From assembly GCA_964016885.1 (NCBI GenBank), contig OZ024740.1, positions 170,872,001 through 170,936,000 on the forward strand: a DNA stretch of 64,000 nucleotides, written 5' to 3'. A model generated the notes under the pieces. It was not told the origin of the DNA. It saw only the letters and a list, made by a program, of their open reading frames with translations, and searched no databases. Positions 29,048 to 41,245 of the stretch are shown piece after piece (positions within the stretch are counted from its first letter, which is position 1; each line of letters starts with the position of its first letter). Source of the stretch: Eledone cirrhosa (lineage: Eukaryota). The position numbers and the translations under genes were made by a program.

Positions 29048-29245
29048 AAGGGCGATGGATTGGTTATATCGGTAGAGGGTCTGACGCCATGCTTTGCAGC
29101 AAAGAGCTACGGCCCTTGCCACTCTGAGTTCAAATCCCGCCGAGGTTAACTTTGCCTTTCATCCTTACGGGGTCGATAAAATAAAGTACTAGCAATGCAC
29201 TAGGTAATTGCTGGCCTTGTGCCAAAAATATAAACAATTATATCA
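29048..29245 (+). mobile_element. SINE family A
   Basis: Same A/B-box head, body and ggccttgtgcc tail as the 24083 copy. Confidence 0.85.
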
Positions 29246-30519
29246 TAACCATGATATAATTGTTTCGCTGGTTTTATTTGTTATGGCTGTTGTTGTGTTG
29301 TTTAATCCAAAGTCAATCCTAGTCGAAATGACAAATATATAATTAAAAACATTCTAGTCGTGACCATCCTGATTATTTTATGAAGATTGTTTTTACTGCC
29401 TTCCATGTGTTCATTTTTGTTTAAAGATGGCAGTATAGCTTTAGCATATTGAGTGACCACACAGACCTTCCCAGGCTGGCTCGTTGATAGTGATGATGGA
29501 AGCGGTGGGGGTAACCAATGTTAATTGTCGTCATAGCGGTAATAATGGTCTTTATGTATGGGGTGTTCGTAGTGATGCTTTTAAGAGAATTCTTGGCTAT
29601 GGTTCCAACAACAATGGAGGTAACGATTGGTTCGACAGTGTCATGGTGGTGGCCATGGTAACGGAGGTTATGATAAATGTTTTTTTTTGTTTTGTTTTCT
29701 CTTTCTTTTTTGGTTTTTCTTTTAGTGAAAAAACAGACAAACACAGACAGGTGTTAGTTCGGGCTGGGCTAACTATTAAACAAAATAAGTTCGGGCTTAG
29801 TGTACCGAGCTAGTGAGAACCACTTTGTTTGGGTTTTTTCAAGTACCGTATTGATGGAGGATTATGGGTTCCGACATGTCTTAAGCATTTAGGTTGAAAC
29901 ACAATCGATTTCTTCTAGATAAAGATAAAGATAAAGAAAGAGAAATACGTGAGATAGAGGAAGAACCAGAGCAATACTGGTGTGGTATTATGTTTATCAA
30001 TCTTAAAAGAATGAAGCACAAACTTCATCTCGTCAAGATTTGAACTCAGAGTGCAGTGAGTTAAAACAAATACTGAGATATTTTTAATCCGACGACCTAA
30101 TGACTCCACCAATTTGCCGCCTGAGTAACGGGTTTACCAAATGAATTAAATGAAACTGTTGAAAATTTCAGACCTGCCAACCTCTAAAACCCCAAACAGG
30201 GAGTACCATGAAAAACAGTGCCCCAAAACCGGGAGAAATGAGGCAAAAATGAGGAGATTTTACATAATGAAAGCGATACCCATTTTCACAAGAGGGAGAT
30301 CTCCACGTCGGTTGGGGTGAGTTAACAGGTCTGAAATTTGCATGTTTTGTTTCTCTTTTTAAGTAAATAATTTACTTATATTGCTTCCAGCGTGGACACA
30401 GCATGGCGGAAAAGTTAAGAAGTTCGCTTCGCAGTCGTTAGGTCCTGGGTTTGATCGTACTGGCTGGTATTTTGGGTTGACCCATGTCTTGTGAGTGAAA
30501 TTGGGTAGACAGAAATTGT

Positions 30520-30531
30520 TTAGTAGTAGTG

Positions 30532-30602
<71 letters not shown>

Positions 30603-30635
30603 TGTTGTGATTGTGGTCGTCGTCGTGGCGGCGGC

Positions 30636-30688
<53 letters not shown>

Positions 30689-30710
30689 CAGCAGCAGCAG
30701 TAGCAGCAGC

Positions 30711-30752
<42 letters not shown>
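30520..30752. repeat. (TAG)n/(TGG)n/(CAG)n trinucleotide microsatellite
   Basis: Direct reading; explains the poly-L, poly-S and poly-V ORFs. Confidence 0.95.
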
Positions 30753-30754
<2 letters not shown>

Positions 30755-31040
30755 GAGGGGGAGTATCATAGCATTGGTCGAGATGAAGTTTGCGGATGTA
30801 AATTTTGCGATGACTGGGTAGGGTTCATAATGGTGATGAGTCATAGCAAGGCTGCTTGACAATAGAGTGATAGAACGTTGGATGGAGTCCAGGATATGCT
30901 CTAGGATGAAATGTTTACGACAAAATTTGGGAGTAACTCTATTTTCATAGGTAGAATTATCATACACACACATATATACATATATATATACATATATGTG
31001 TATATATACACATATGTATATATATATATATATATATATA

Positions 31041-31278
31041 GTGGTTGCTAGACACTACGGCTTAATACGGGATGTTTGTTTACAAACACACCGAGCATTA
31101 TAATAAATGTTCGGTGAATCCATACGTGTATATATATATGTGTGCATGTATGTATATATATATATACATACTACTGTACGTCGGTATACATATATGTATG
31201 TACGTATACATACTTATATTTAAGTAACAGCCGTACTAAGAGTGGGAAATGAAATATCGTTTCATTTTTTTCCGTTTA
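31041..31278 (+). mobile_element. 5'-truncated dispersed copy of the 422-bp retrozyme-like unit, between (TA)n tracts
   Basis: Near-identical to 49410-49645 (few differences); lacks the hammerhead. Confidence 0.9.
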
Positions 31279-31296
31279 TATATATATATATAGTAA

Positions 31297-31475
31297 TAAT
31301 TGTTTCTACTTTAGGCACAAGGCCAGCAATTACCCAGTGCATTACTGGTACTTTATTTTATCGACCCCGTAAGGATGAAAGGCAAAGTCAACCTCGGCGG
31401 GATTTGAACTCAGATCGTAAAGGGACGTAACTATGCTCGAAAGCATGGCGTCCGACCCTCTACCGATACTGCCAA
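31297..31475 (-). mobile_element. SINE family A
   Basis: Near-identical to 26860-27050. Confidence 0.85.
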
Positions 31476-31715
31476 GTAATAATAATAATAAATGTGAAGA
31501 CTAAAATCAAAAGAGGGCTTGATAAGGATAAATATATATCAAATATATAAGAACCCTAGAGCAAATATTTATTAAAATAACAGATTAAAATTTAAGCAAA
31601 GAATCGCTGCTTTCACCCTTAATGGGATCTTCTGAGTTTCAGAGTGAAAGCACCGATTCCTTGCTTTAACTTTAATCCGTTATTTTAATAAATATATAAT
31701 TATATATATATATAT

Positions 31716-31933
31716 AAGTAGTAACACAACCGTTAGTTCACCATACCGAGAACAATTGTTTCACCTGATCTGCAGCTCGGACCCGAGTCCAAGCTGAAGA
31801 TCCGCATAAGGTGAAACAATTGTTCTCGGCATAGTGAACTAACGGTTGTGTTACTACTTCTACCAAACTCGTCCCATGGACTGAGTGCTCTACCACTACG
31901 GATATTACCTTCCAACCTTCCGGTGTTCTACCT
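31716..31933. mobile_element. Fold-back hammerhead unit in (TA)n (HHR 31789-31829 plus; damaged mirror copy on minus)
   Basis: Arms 31716-31782 and 31787-31859. Motif ccaag-CTGAAGA-tcc(gcataa)ggt-GAAA-caattg-TT-ctcgg. Same family as 32891-33111. Confidence 0.8.
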
Positions 31934-31936
31934 ATA

Positions 31937-32000
<64 letters not shown>

Positions 32001-32072
32001 TTAGCTGTCAAAACTGCCGGAGCTCAGCCGTCGGGGTCCTGACTCTTTTCCTATATATATATATATATATAT

Positions 32073-32520
32073 ATTAGAATTGGTGCTCTGAAATAGTGAT
32101 ATATATATGAATGTATATATAGTGTATTTTGCAATACCCTGTATGCTTAATTAAAAGCATTTCGAAGACCTTATGCTATTGTTTTAGAGTAGTGACAGTC
32201 TTACTTACTTTAATTTTCAGCAAACAGGGGAGATAAAGCTGACAGAGCTCTGTTTCGCATTTTTGTATGCTTATCAAAGCTAACTACTCTTTCTGTTTGC
32301 TGAAAATCATGAATGTTTGATTCTTATAGAATTCTATAATAATCAGGAACTGATTATACAGAGCGGTTGCCGGTCAAGCAGAAATTGAAAATTAGAATTA
32401 GTGCTCTGAAATAGTGATATATATATGAATGTACATATATATTTTGATTATTACTAGAATTCTATAAGAATCAAACATTCATGATTTTCAGCAAACAGGA
32501 GGAGTGGTTAGCTTTGATAA
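32073..32520 (-). mobile_element. 318-bp terminally redundant unit plus inverted tail, with U3-A8 hammerhead at 32237-32281
   Basis: Direct repeat at 32073 and 32391. Minus: agct-TTGATAA-gcat(acaaaa)atgc-GAAA-cagagctctg-TC-agct. About 32445-32520 inverts about 32271-32345. Confidence 0.8.
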
Positions 32521-32664
32521 TATATATATATCAATGAGGTAAGCATCCAACAACAACCGTGCCGTCGGACCTTTACCTCATTGATATACCCACTCTGCAT
32601 TTCCTCATGCATCGAGTACTATTCTGATTTGGGATATTCCCAGCCTTCGTAGCACAGACACCCC

Positions 32665-32748
<84 letters not shown>

Positions 32749-32890
32749 TTGACGGACGAGAGAAAAGAATACTCAAAACCGAAGTAGAGTTTAAATATTC
32801 AGTTGTTATGGCTTTGTAGTAATCCTGTGGGTGCGCTGGTGAGATACTATAGTAACAAGACTCATTACTTAGCCATAACATATATATATA

Positions 32891-33111
32891 TAGAAGTGGT
32901 TACACAACAGTTAGTTCGCCATACCGAGAACAATTGTTTCACCTTAGCGGATCCTCAGCTCGGAAGGCCCATTCCGAGCTGAGGATCCGCTAAGGTGAAA
33001 CAATTGTTCTCGGTATGGTGAACTAACTGTTGTGTAACCACTTCTACCTAACTCGTCCCATGGACTGAGTACTCTACCACTACGGATATTACCTTCCAAT
33101 GTTCCAACACA
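32891..33111. mobile_element. Fold-back hammerhead unit in (TA)n (HHRs 32924-32963 minus and 32974-33013 plus)
   Basis: 75-bp arms 32891-32965 and 32972-33046 with a 6-nt spacer. Motif ccgag-CTGAGGA-tcc(gctaa)ggt-GAAA-caattg-TT-ctcgg. Confidence 0.85.
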
Positions 33112-34315
33112 ATATATATATATATAAATTTTAGTACAGCATTAACGAAGCTTTAGACTGCGGCTAAGATAACGAATGCAAATTCGGAATGTAGCTTTAG
33201 CACTCGATGGAGAATAATACCCCAGAGTAATAACAATACGTTTAGACAGCTTTGCAAATCAAATATAGCGATCGGCAGTCCAGCGGGATTGCCATAGCAA
33301 CGAAAATGATTGGACTCAGGAAAAGATTTTTGACTAACTTGGACCATCCCGCGGAGACCGAATGCAATACATAATGCATATCGTATAGCATACAATATAC
33401 ACCACATATAACATACAACATCCACGCTAGGTTTCTGTAAATCCGAGATCGACTAATTCAGCTTGCAGGGGTCTGCAAGTTGACGACAGAACAAAGGATT
33501 TACTTCAACAAGTCTTGCGTTCTATAGCCTCAGCGGATGTGTTCTAGCAGTAAATTTCGCTATAGACACGTGGTTTTCTCCAGGGGAGGTAACCCCGTTT
33601 TGGCGGTGAATTCGAAATATGAGACAAAGGAATGAAATTCCCTTAGACAAACCGAATTAAGCACTCAACCAGAAGTTATCAAACAAACATAAACATTAAT
33701 CAATCAATAGAATTGTCTAATTAAATTAATCAGTTAATCGTTAATTCTAGGAGTTAAAATACAAATTTTAGTACAGCATTAACGATATATATATATATGT
33801 GTATATGTGTGTTTGTGTGTATGTATATGTTTAATCCCTCGTCACCGCCCTCTCTCCTCCCATTAGCAGTCAATGTTATCATCATCATCATCATCTTCAT
33901 CATCATGGTATTCGTAAGCAGCTTCTCTACTGACCTTCTCGTTGCTGTGCAGTCTTTAAAGAGGAATCCTTTTGTCCAGCTCGTGACATTAATCTTCCGG
34001 TTTTTAAACACTAGTGTTTGTGTCAAGGGCTCACTGAACACCACTACACAGACAGCTGTTACAATGCTGTCTTTGTGCCAGTTATTTTGACCAGTGGACA
34101 CTCCATAAAGTCAATGGCCCACTCGAAGATGGGTAATGGTTTCCATCTCTATCTGCTTATCAATGTATTAAGATGTTCAAATTATAAACGCTTTTCTAGA
34201 GAAACGCAAATTTTAATTGATTGAGATTGGCTTTTCATTTTTTTGCTTTGTTTGTTTTTTCTGTCATTCAGTAAATTATTGAAATTCATGCATAGTTGTT
34301 GTTTTTTCGTATTTA

Positions 34316-34388
<73 letters not shown>

Positions 34389-34683
34389 GCTTCGATAACT
34401 GGTGGGAAAGTAGGATGGAAGGAGATATCCCCAAACGGAATACCTAATCAGCTAAAGTTACCCGAGTGCCAGAAGGTAGTGTTAAGCCGGGTGGCGAATT
34501 AAGACTACCAACTGCATTTCTTTTTTTAAACTTTGTAACTGCCAAAATATGTTCACCCTCTATTTCTGATTGTAAAATGTTTAGTCTATACGTTGGAGAT
34601 GATTATACCTCACTGATGAAGTCTAATAAACAGTCAGATTTATTTATTTATTTATTTATTTATTCATTTATTTATTTATTCAT

Positions 34684-34726
<43 letters not shown>

Positions 34727-36142
34727 CTTATTTATTGCATAATCCATATAGTGCATTGTTGTTTATTCGAATTTAGTATGTATAACATCAAAAGGATCAA
34801 GCTGCAAGATATCGCAGTCAACTATGTCTTAAACGCCAGCTACAGTCTTCTAAAATGAAGAACATATTTGAGAGTGTAGTCCGAGGGTCACTGTTTCTGT
34901 AGGGGTTTATTTGGGCGGGGTTAATAAATGTGATTATCTCTTAGATGAAGGATGATCTATAGTTAAACAACAACCAAACTGTTAATAGGCCCACAGAAGA
35001 TATTGTAATCAAGCTCTGCTTCAAACAAATCTAATTAAGCCTATGTACACTTCATGGCTTATGTTAAATACAATATTGTCCTAAATAAGCATAAAGAAGT
35101 AAATAGCTAAAGATGGTGTGCATTATCACACACCAGTAAATACTGGGGTTTGCCTTTGGAACAAAGCAACACATTTCTAGGAAAAAGGAATAAATGTTGA
35201 CAGCAATTCATCAGTATATATATATTTTTATTAATATTTTTATTGTTATTAGACCTCCATTGTTCGCAACAACAAATGTTCCCCTTGTTCGAACACCGGA
35301 TCAGCCAGCACATAAAGTTAACGTGCAAGTGGCGGAGCAAATATGTGCAAGCCTTCATTTGTGACAAAGTTTGAAGGACTCCGTGAGGTGGGATGGCTGT
35401 TGCTGTGAGTCTCTCTGGCCGTCCTCCGCGGAAACATTTTTGCCGTTTTGTTGAGGGGCGCGGCTCAGGCACCGCTCAGGCTGGGGTGTTAGCTTTAGTA
35501 GTGTCTTTTGTTTTTGTTATATACTGCTCAATTATTTTTGTATGACAATGGCCTTTCATGTATATTGAATAAATTGTTTTGAAGTACAACTTATTTTTTC
35601 TATCTAAGTAGACTGGAGTAACGTAAAACATTCTACCTGGAAGCGAGTACTTAGCAACTAAGCCACATGTCTGTTCATTATATTTGACAAAGTGTGGTGA
35701 ATTAGTAGAATTGTTAAAGATTCGGACAAATGTTTCGTGATATTTGTTGCGGTTCTTTACGTTATGAGTTCAAATCTCGCCAAGATTGACTTTGCTCTGC
35801 ATCCTTCTGGAATCAATAAAATAATGCTCAACTCAAGCACTGGGGTTGGTTTGATCGAATCTATCCTCAACCAAAATTGTTTTAGTTCCTCAATTTTTTG
35901 CGTTCAATTCTCACCAACTTCAGCTTTGCTTTTCCTTTCTTCAGCGGTTAAAATATATTTTAATTTCCAAACCAAACTAAGTAATATCATTGTTGATGTT
36001 GTTGCTGAAAATATTTATTCATTAACACATTATTTTAACGAAACTCGAAGAATGAAAGACAACATTGATCTCTGTAAAGAGTTCTAATTAAAGGATGCAA
36101 CACATTTTGTCCAACGCTTTTAAGATCTGTTAATTCACCAAT

Positions 36143-36605
36143 AATAATTGTTTCTACTTTTGGCACGAGGCCAGCAATTACCCTGTGTATTACTGGTACT
36201 TTATTTTATCGACCCCGTAAGGATGAAAGGCAAAGTTAACCTCGGCGGGATTTAATTAATGAAATAATTGCTGGCTTTGTGCCAAAAGTAGAAACAATTA
36301 TTATTTATAAAGTACCAGTAATACACTGGGTAATTGCTGGCCTTGTGCCTAACGTAGAAACAATTATTATTTATAAGAGGAGGGTGATGGATTGGCAGAA
36401 TCGATAGAGCATCAGACACCATGCCTTGCGGCGTATAGTTTCGTCCTTTTCCTTTCTGAGTTAAAAAAAAGCCGAGGCTAGCTTTGCCTTTCATCCTTAA
36501 GGGCTCGATAAAATAAAGTACCAATAATACACTAGGGTAGATTTAATCGACTTTCCCCTCCCCTCAAAATTGTTGTCCTTGTGTCTCAATCAGAAACCAT
36601 TATAA
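36143..36605. mobile_element. Composite cluster of SINE family A pieces in both orientations
   Basis: Minus 3' part at 36143-36252, an inverted pair of tails at 36263-36372 and a plus copy at 36380-36605. Confidence 0.75.
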
Positions 36606-36950
36606 GAGGACAACTTTGCATTTCATCGTCTTGAGGCTGATAAATAAAGTCCTTTATTGGTGTTGACTATTCTCTCTTGCTTACTGTCCTCCTCATTCTC
36701 CTCTGTAAGAAATCGACTGGGGTCAAACCTGCAGAGGGATACACCCTACCAGATTTTAAATGCCAAAGTTCTGATAACATCCCTACGCCTCCATTAGGTG
36801 TTATGAGATCAGTAATCAGTGATCAATGATTACTCATTAGTTATCGGAGAATATTTATAGAGAATAATGTATCCTTTATCGATGATTTAACTGAATTATT
36901 ATATAGCTTCAGCAGGTTTTGTTTATTCGTTTAAGGTGGGAATAACAACG

Positions 36951-36986
<36 letters not shown>

Positions 36987-37059
36987 TTACTACTACTACT
37001 ACTACTACTACAAATGCACATTTTCTCCCCTTCTGGAGGTTCATATACCTGTTATTAGA

Positions 37060-37600
37060 CTATTTTCTGGGTAGGGGAATGTAAAAGAGTGTTGTATGGT
37101 AGATATAGAGAGGGGAATAGTTTGCTGGTAATTGATATAGAGAGGCGGATTGGGTGAAAGAGTGTCGTGTAGTAGATATAGAGAGGGGGAGATTTTTATC
37201 CTTGTAGATATAATGAAGGGTGTGGGAGAGATAAATATTACTAGATATATAGAGGGGGCCTTGGTGAGACATTGTCGTAAAAGATATAGAGGGGGAGTTT
37301 GTGATGGATAAAGAGAGAAGGATTACGAGAGTGTGTGGGAGAGATGGTGAGGGGGAGAGATTGTATATGATTGATATAAAGAGGGTGATTGGGAGAGTGA
37401 TTGGTATGTTAGATATAGAGAGGGAAAGAATTTTGTGGTTGTAGATATAGTGAGAGGGATAATGAGATAGTGCCGTGTAGTAGATATGGAGAGGGGGAAA
37501 GTTTAGTAGTGATTGATATAGCGCGGAGGAGAGTTTGATTTTAGTAGATACAGAGAAGTGGATTAAAAGTTAAAAGAGAGTTTTGTATGATAGACACGGG
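37060..37600. repeat. Degenerate purine-rich minisatellite (gtagatatagagagggg-like units)
   Basis: Recurrent agatatagagagggg motif, roughly every 35-70 bp. Confidence 0.7.
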
Positions 37601-37701
37601 GAGGAGAAGAGTTCGGTGGATCATCATACAAGACTGGTGATCCTGTGAGTGCGCAGGTAAAACGTTAGAGTAACAAAGCTCACCAATAGCCATAATAAAT
37701 G

Positions 37702-37742
<41 letters not shown>

Positions 37743-38543
37743 AGGAGATAAATAAATTGGGTATAATACCAATTTATTAGCAAATTAGAAGAAGCTCGAT
37801 ATATTAACCCCTTAGGAAAGGGTATAGAGCATAATATTTTTTTAATTATATATATACATTTATTATGGCTATTGGTGAGCTTTGTTACACTAACGTTTTA
37901 CCTGCGCACTCACAGGGGCGATGACATTTTTTTGAGGGGCGGGGGAGAGGAGCCCCTGCCACCTCCCCTAATAATTATACTTTTCTCCCCAAACTACCAA
38001 AACACACATCTATTTGGATATGCGCTACAATTTACGTACATATCGCATATCGAAGTTTTCTGACCATTCTAGAGTGCAAACAGCTAAACTAATCACTACA
38101 ACTGAATTGTCCAAATTTGTCTTCCCCCCACCCACCCCCGAATTCAGAAATGCTTCCACCGCCCCTGTATATAAAGAGAGAAAGGGAGTGAGAGAGAGAG
38201 ATATATAGATAGAGAGAGAGAGATAAATTGAAAGAAAGAAAGAAGGAATGGATGAAAGAAAAAAGAGTGATCATCTTCACAACAATCATATTTTAAAATA
38301 AACTCCTATAATTACCAGGGCTATCACCAACCACCACCACCACCACCACCACCAACCATCCCACCCAAAACATCTACTAATTTAGTTGCAGTAAAAAAAA
38401 ACCTCCTACCAAATACCAAGTCACAGAAGAACCAACCAAGATCTCTGACGTCACCCTCATCGTCAGTACAACAGATAACCCTTAACTCCGACAACTACCG
38501 AAGATAAAACAAACTACTGCTACCTGTCTTGCGGAGTTTTCAT

Positions 38544-38605
<62 letters not shown>

Positions 38606-38744
38606 TTGTGCGTGTATGTGTGTGCGCGCGTGTGTATGTGTGCGTGTGTGTGCGTGCGCGCGTTAATACACACGCACACACATATATATATATATGTATG
38701 TAAATATATTTACATATGTAAGTATATGTGTGTGTGTGTGTGAG

Positions 38745-38819
<75 letters not shown>

Positions 38820-40959
38820 ACACACACATATGTACACACACTTTGTGACACCTGACCATTTTGTTTTTAAATTGATATCCCACAACATCCGATACTTTTG
38901 TGTCTTCTCACCTGAAACATCAAAAGCTGCAGCCTAGACCGACTGGCTCTCCGACACTTCACCACCACCATCTCTCTCTTTCTCTCCTTCTTTCTCTCGC
39001 TCTCTCTGTTGACATTCAGTCCATTGTACAGCTGTGCCACATGCCAGATGACCTCTGACACACGTTAGGTAATTAGTGCAAGTGAATCAGAGTCATGTTT
39101 TCTGAAGTATTTTTTAAGGTGAGGTGGCTGTTCTAGAAAAGTGATAGGTGTTTATCTAACGCTTTATTTTTTTCTTGTAAAAATCTAGATGAATAGCAAC
39201 TGCCTTGAAACCAGATGACGCTTTGATTATTTGTCTGTCTACGCGATCAGGATTAGCCCGAGGTTAAACAACTACAAACGCAATAGCCATAAGATGAACA
39301 AATAATAGCTTTCCTAAAAGTGCTTTGATATATTCTTAAAATGTCCTTTGTCATTTGTAAATGTCTCGAACACTTGAAGGCGTGAAAATATATTGGAGTC
39401 GGTGTTCTTAGAAAAATGGCGAGAATATCGGTATTTTTATAAATGCCAGACGTTGCTAATAGAAATGTAGAAATAAATTTCTATTTTCGCGGTTCCAAGA
39501 CCATGACAACCAGTATTAGAAATGGAACTGCCTACTTCGTCTCAACATTCCGGCCTTCTATTTCTATCAAGTTGTTTCTAGTTTAGCAGTTATTGATATA
39601 GTCGTTCGAAACATTTTGCGCATTTACAAAACAGAAGTCATTTCTCTGTCTAAATATCTTTTACTGCTTGTTTTGTTTTTTGTTTTGTTTTATTGTCTGG
39701 GGTTAGGGGAAATTGTTTTTTCAAGTTCTTTTCTTGACGACGTGCTGGAGAGCTGGGCTCTCGTTCGCAAAATTGTCGGCTCAATTCTCTGATCAGGTGG
39801 CACGTTATGTTATTTACCAATGCAGTTCATTTCACGTTCTCTTAACTCATTTGGCTGGAAATAAGTACTTTCAGCTGCGCTAATGTTTCACCTAGCAACA
39901 AACTGGTTTTCTGTATTTGTACTCTCAATCACTTAATGCCAATGAAACAGAGTTAAGCTCCGGTCTCGGCTCAGACTAATTTAACAATTGTTTCATTTGG
40001 AAAATATCATCCTTGGACAAAAGGGTTTTCTCTGCTGTTTAGTAGTAAATAAACCTGAATATATTAGTGAAGTTTGTGAGATCGGATATCATTCTAAATC
40101 GTAAAATAAAGAGGAATCTTATGTTTGGGGACTCTTCCTTTGTCCGTGAGAAAGAAATATATATTCTTTTAAATTGTTTATGTTTTAAGGATTTGGCTGC
40201 TATTTCTAGCAGGTTGGGTAGACTCTATCTCTTTAGTTCGTAAATCTTGTTGTGCTTGTGCGTGGTGTCTGTGTCATTAGGTTGCGTGTGTATTTGTATA
40301 TGTGTATGTATATAGTAACTACATATGTTGACAATACATAGAAAACACGGAGGTCATTTATGAGAAAAGGTTCATGTTTAGTAGTAAAGCATCTGCTTCA
40401 TTTTAAGCTAATCCTTTTAATACGAAACCACCTGAAACCACTACAGGTTCTGTGTGACAGTTTGTGTGTGTGTGCGTGTGTGTATGTGCGTGTATGTGTG
40501 TGTGTGCGTGCGTGCGTGTGTCTGTATGTGTGCGTGTATGTGTGAATGTATGCATGTGTGTACGTATGTATGAATGTATGTATAATGCATATATGAATGT
40601 AGCTAGGTAACAAGATAGGTAGGTGTAGGTAGGTAGGTATATAATACACATGCTATAAAATACTACTAAATCACAAAATATACAATACCTACCTGAAACA
40701 TTAAAACCTATTATCAATAAATTCTTTTATTATATCTTCAACATTTACCCAACATAAAATCGATAAACGAAATTAAATTTAAACTAAATTATCAAAGACG
40801 TACCATATATTTAAAAAGCAATACTAAATTTTAAAATATACTAATAAGTATGTATGCATGTATGTATGTATGTATGTATGTATGTATGTATGTATGTATG
40901 TATGTATGTGTATGTATGTATGTATGTATGTATGTATGTATGTATGTATGTGTATGTAT

Positions 40960-41245
40960 GTATGCGACATCGTTTGCATCAAATGACGAAGACCAGTTCT
41001 TCTTTTTGGGCAAAACATTCGATGTTCAGAGAGTGGGATTGATCCTGTGCAAAGCCTTTTCTCACTTAAAAATGCTTAAAGCCCAGGCATGGCTTGATAT
41101 GGGACAGTTTTTGCGATGTATGGCATTGCTGGCCATAGGCAAGTCCCTAGCAGGACTAAAAAGCCACGTCCGTGATACTCATATTTAAGTATCAAGCGAT
41201 GGCATTACTCGAAATAGAGTTGCAGCCATTATGTATGTATGTATA
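40960..41245 (+). mobile_element. Diverged relative of the RTE-derived element at 8047-9347, between (TATG)n tracts
   Basis: KSLAGLKSHVRD peptide; ttcttctttttgg..gagagtggga shared with 9040-9080. Confidence 0.65.

Noticed and set aside
35107-35472. 121-aa ORF and GC-rich patch
   Set aside because: No recognisable domain; appears to be SINE and LINE 3' UTR debris.
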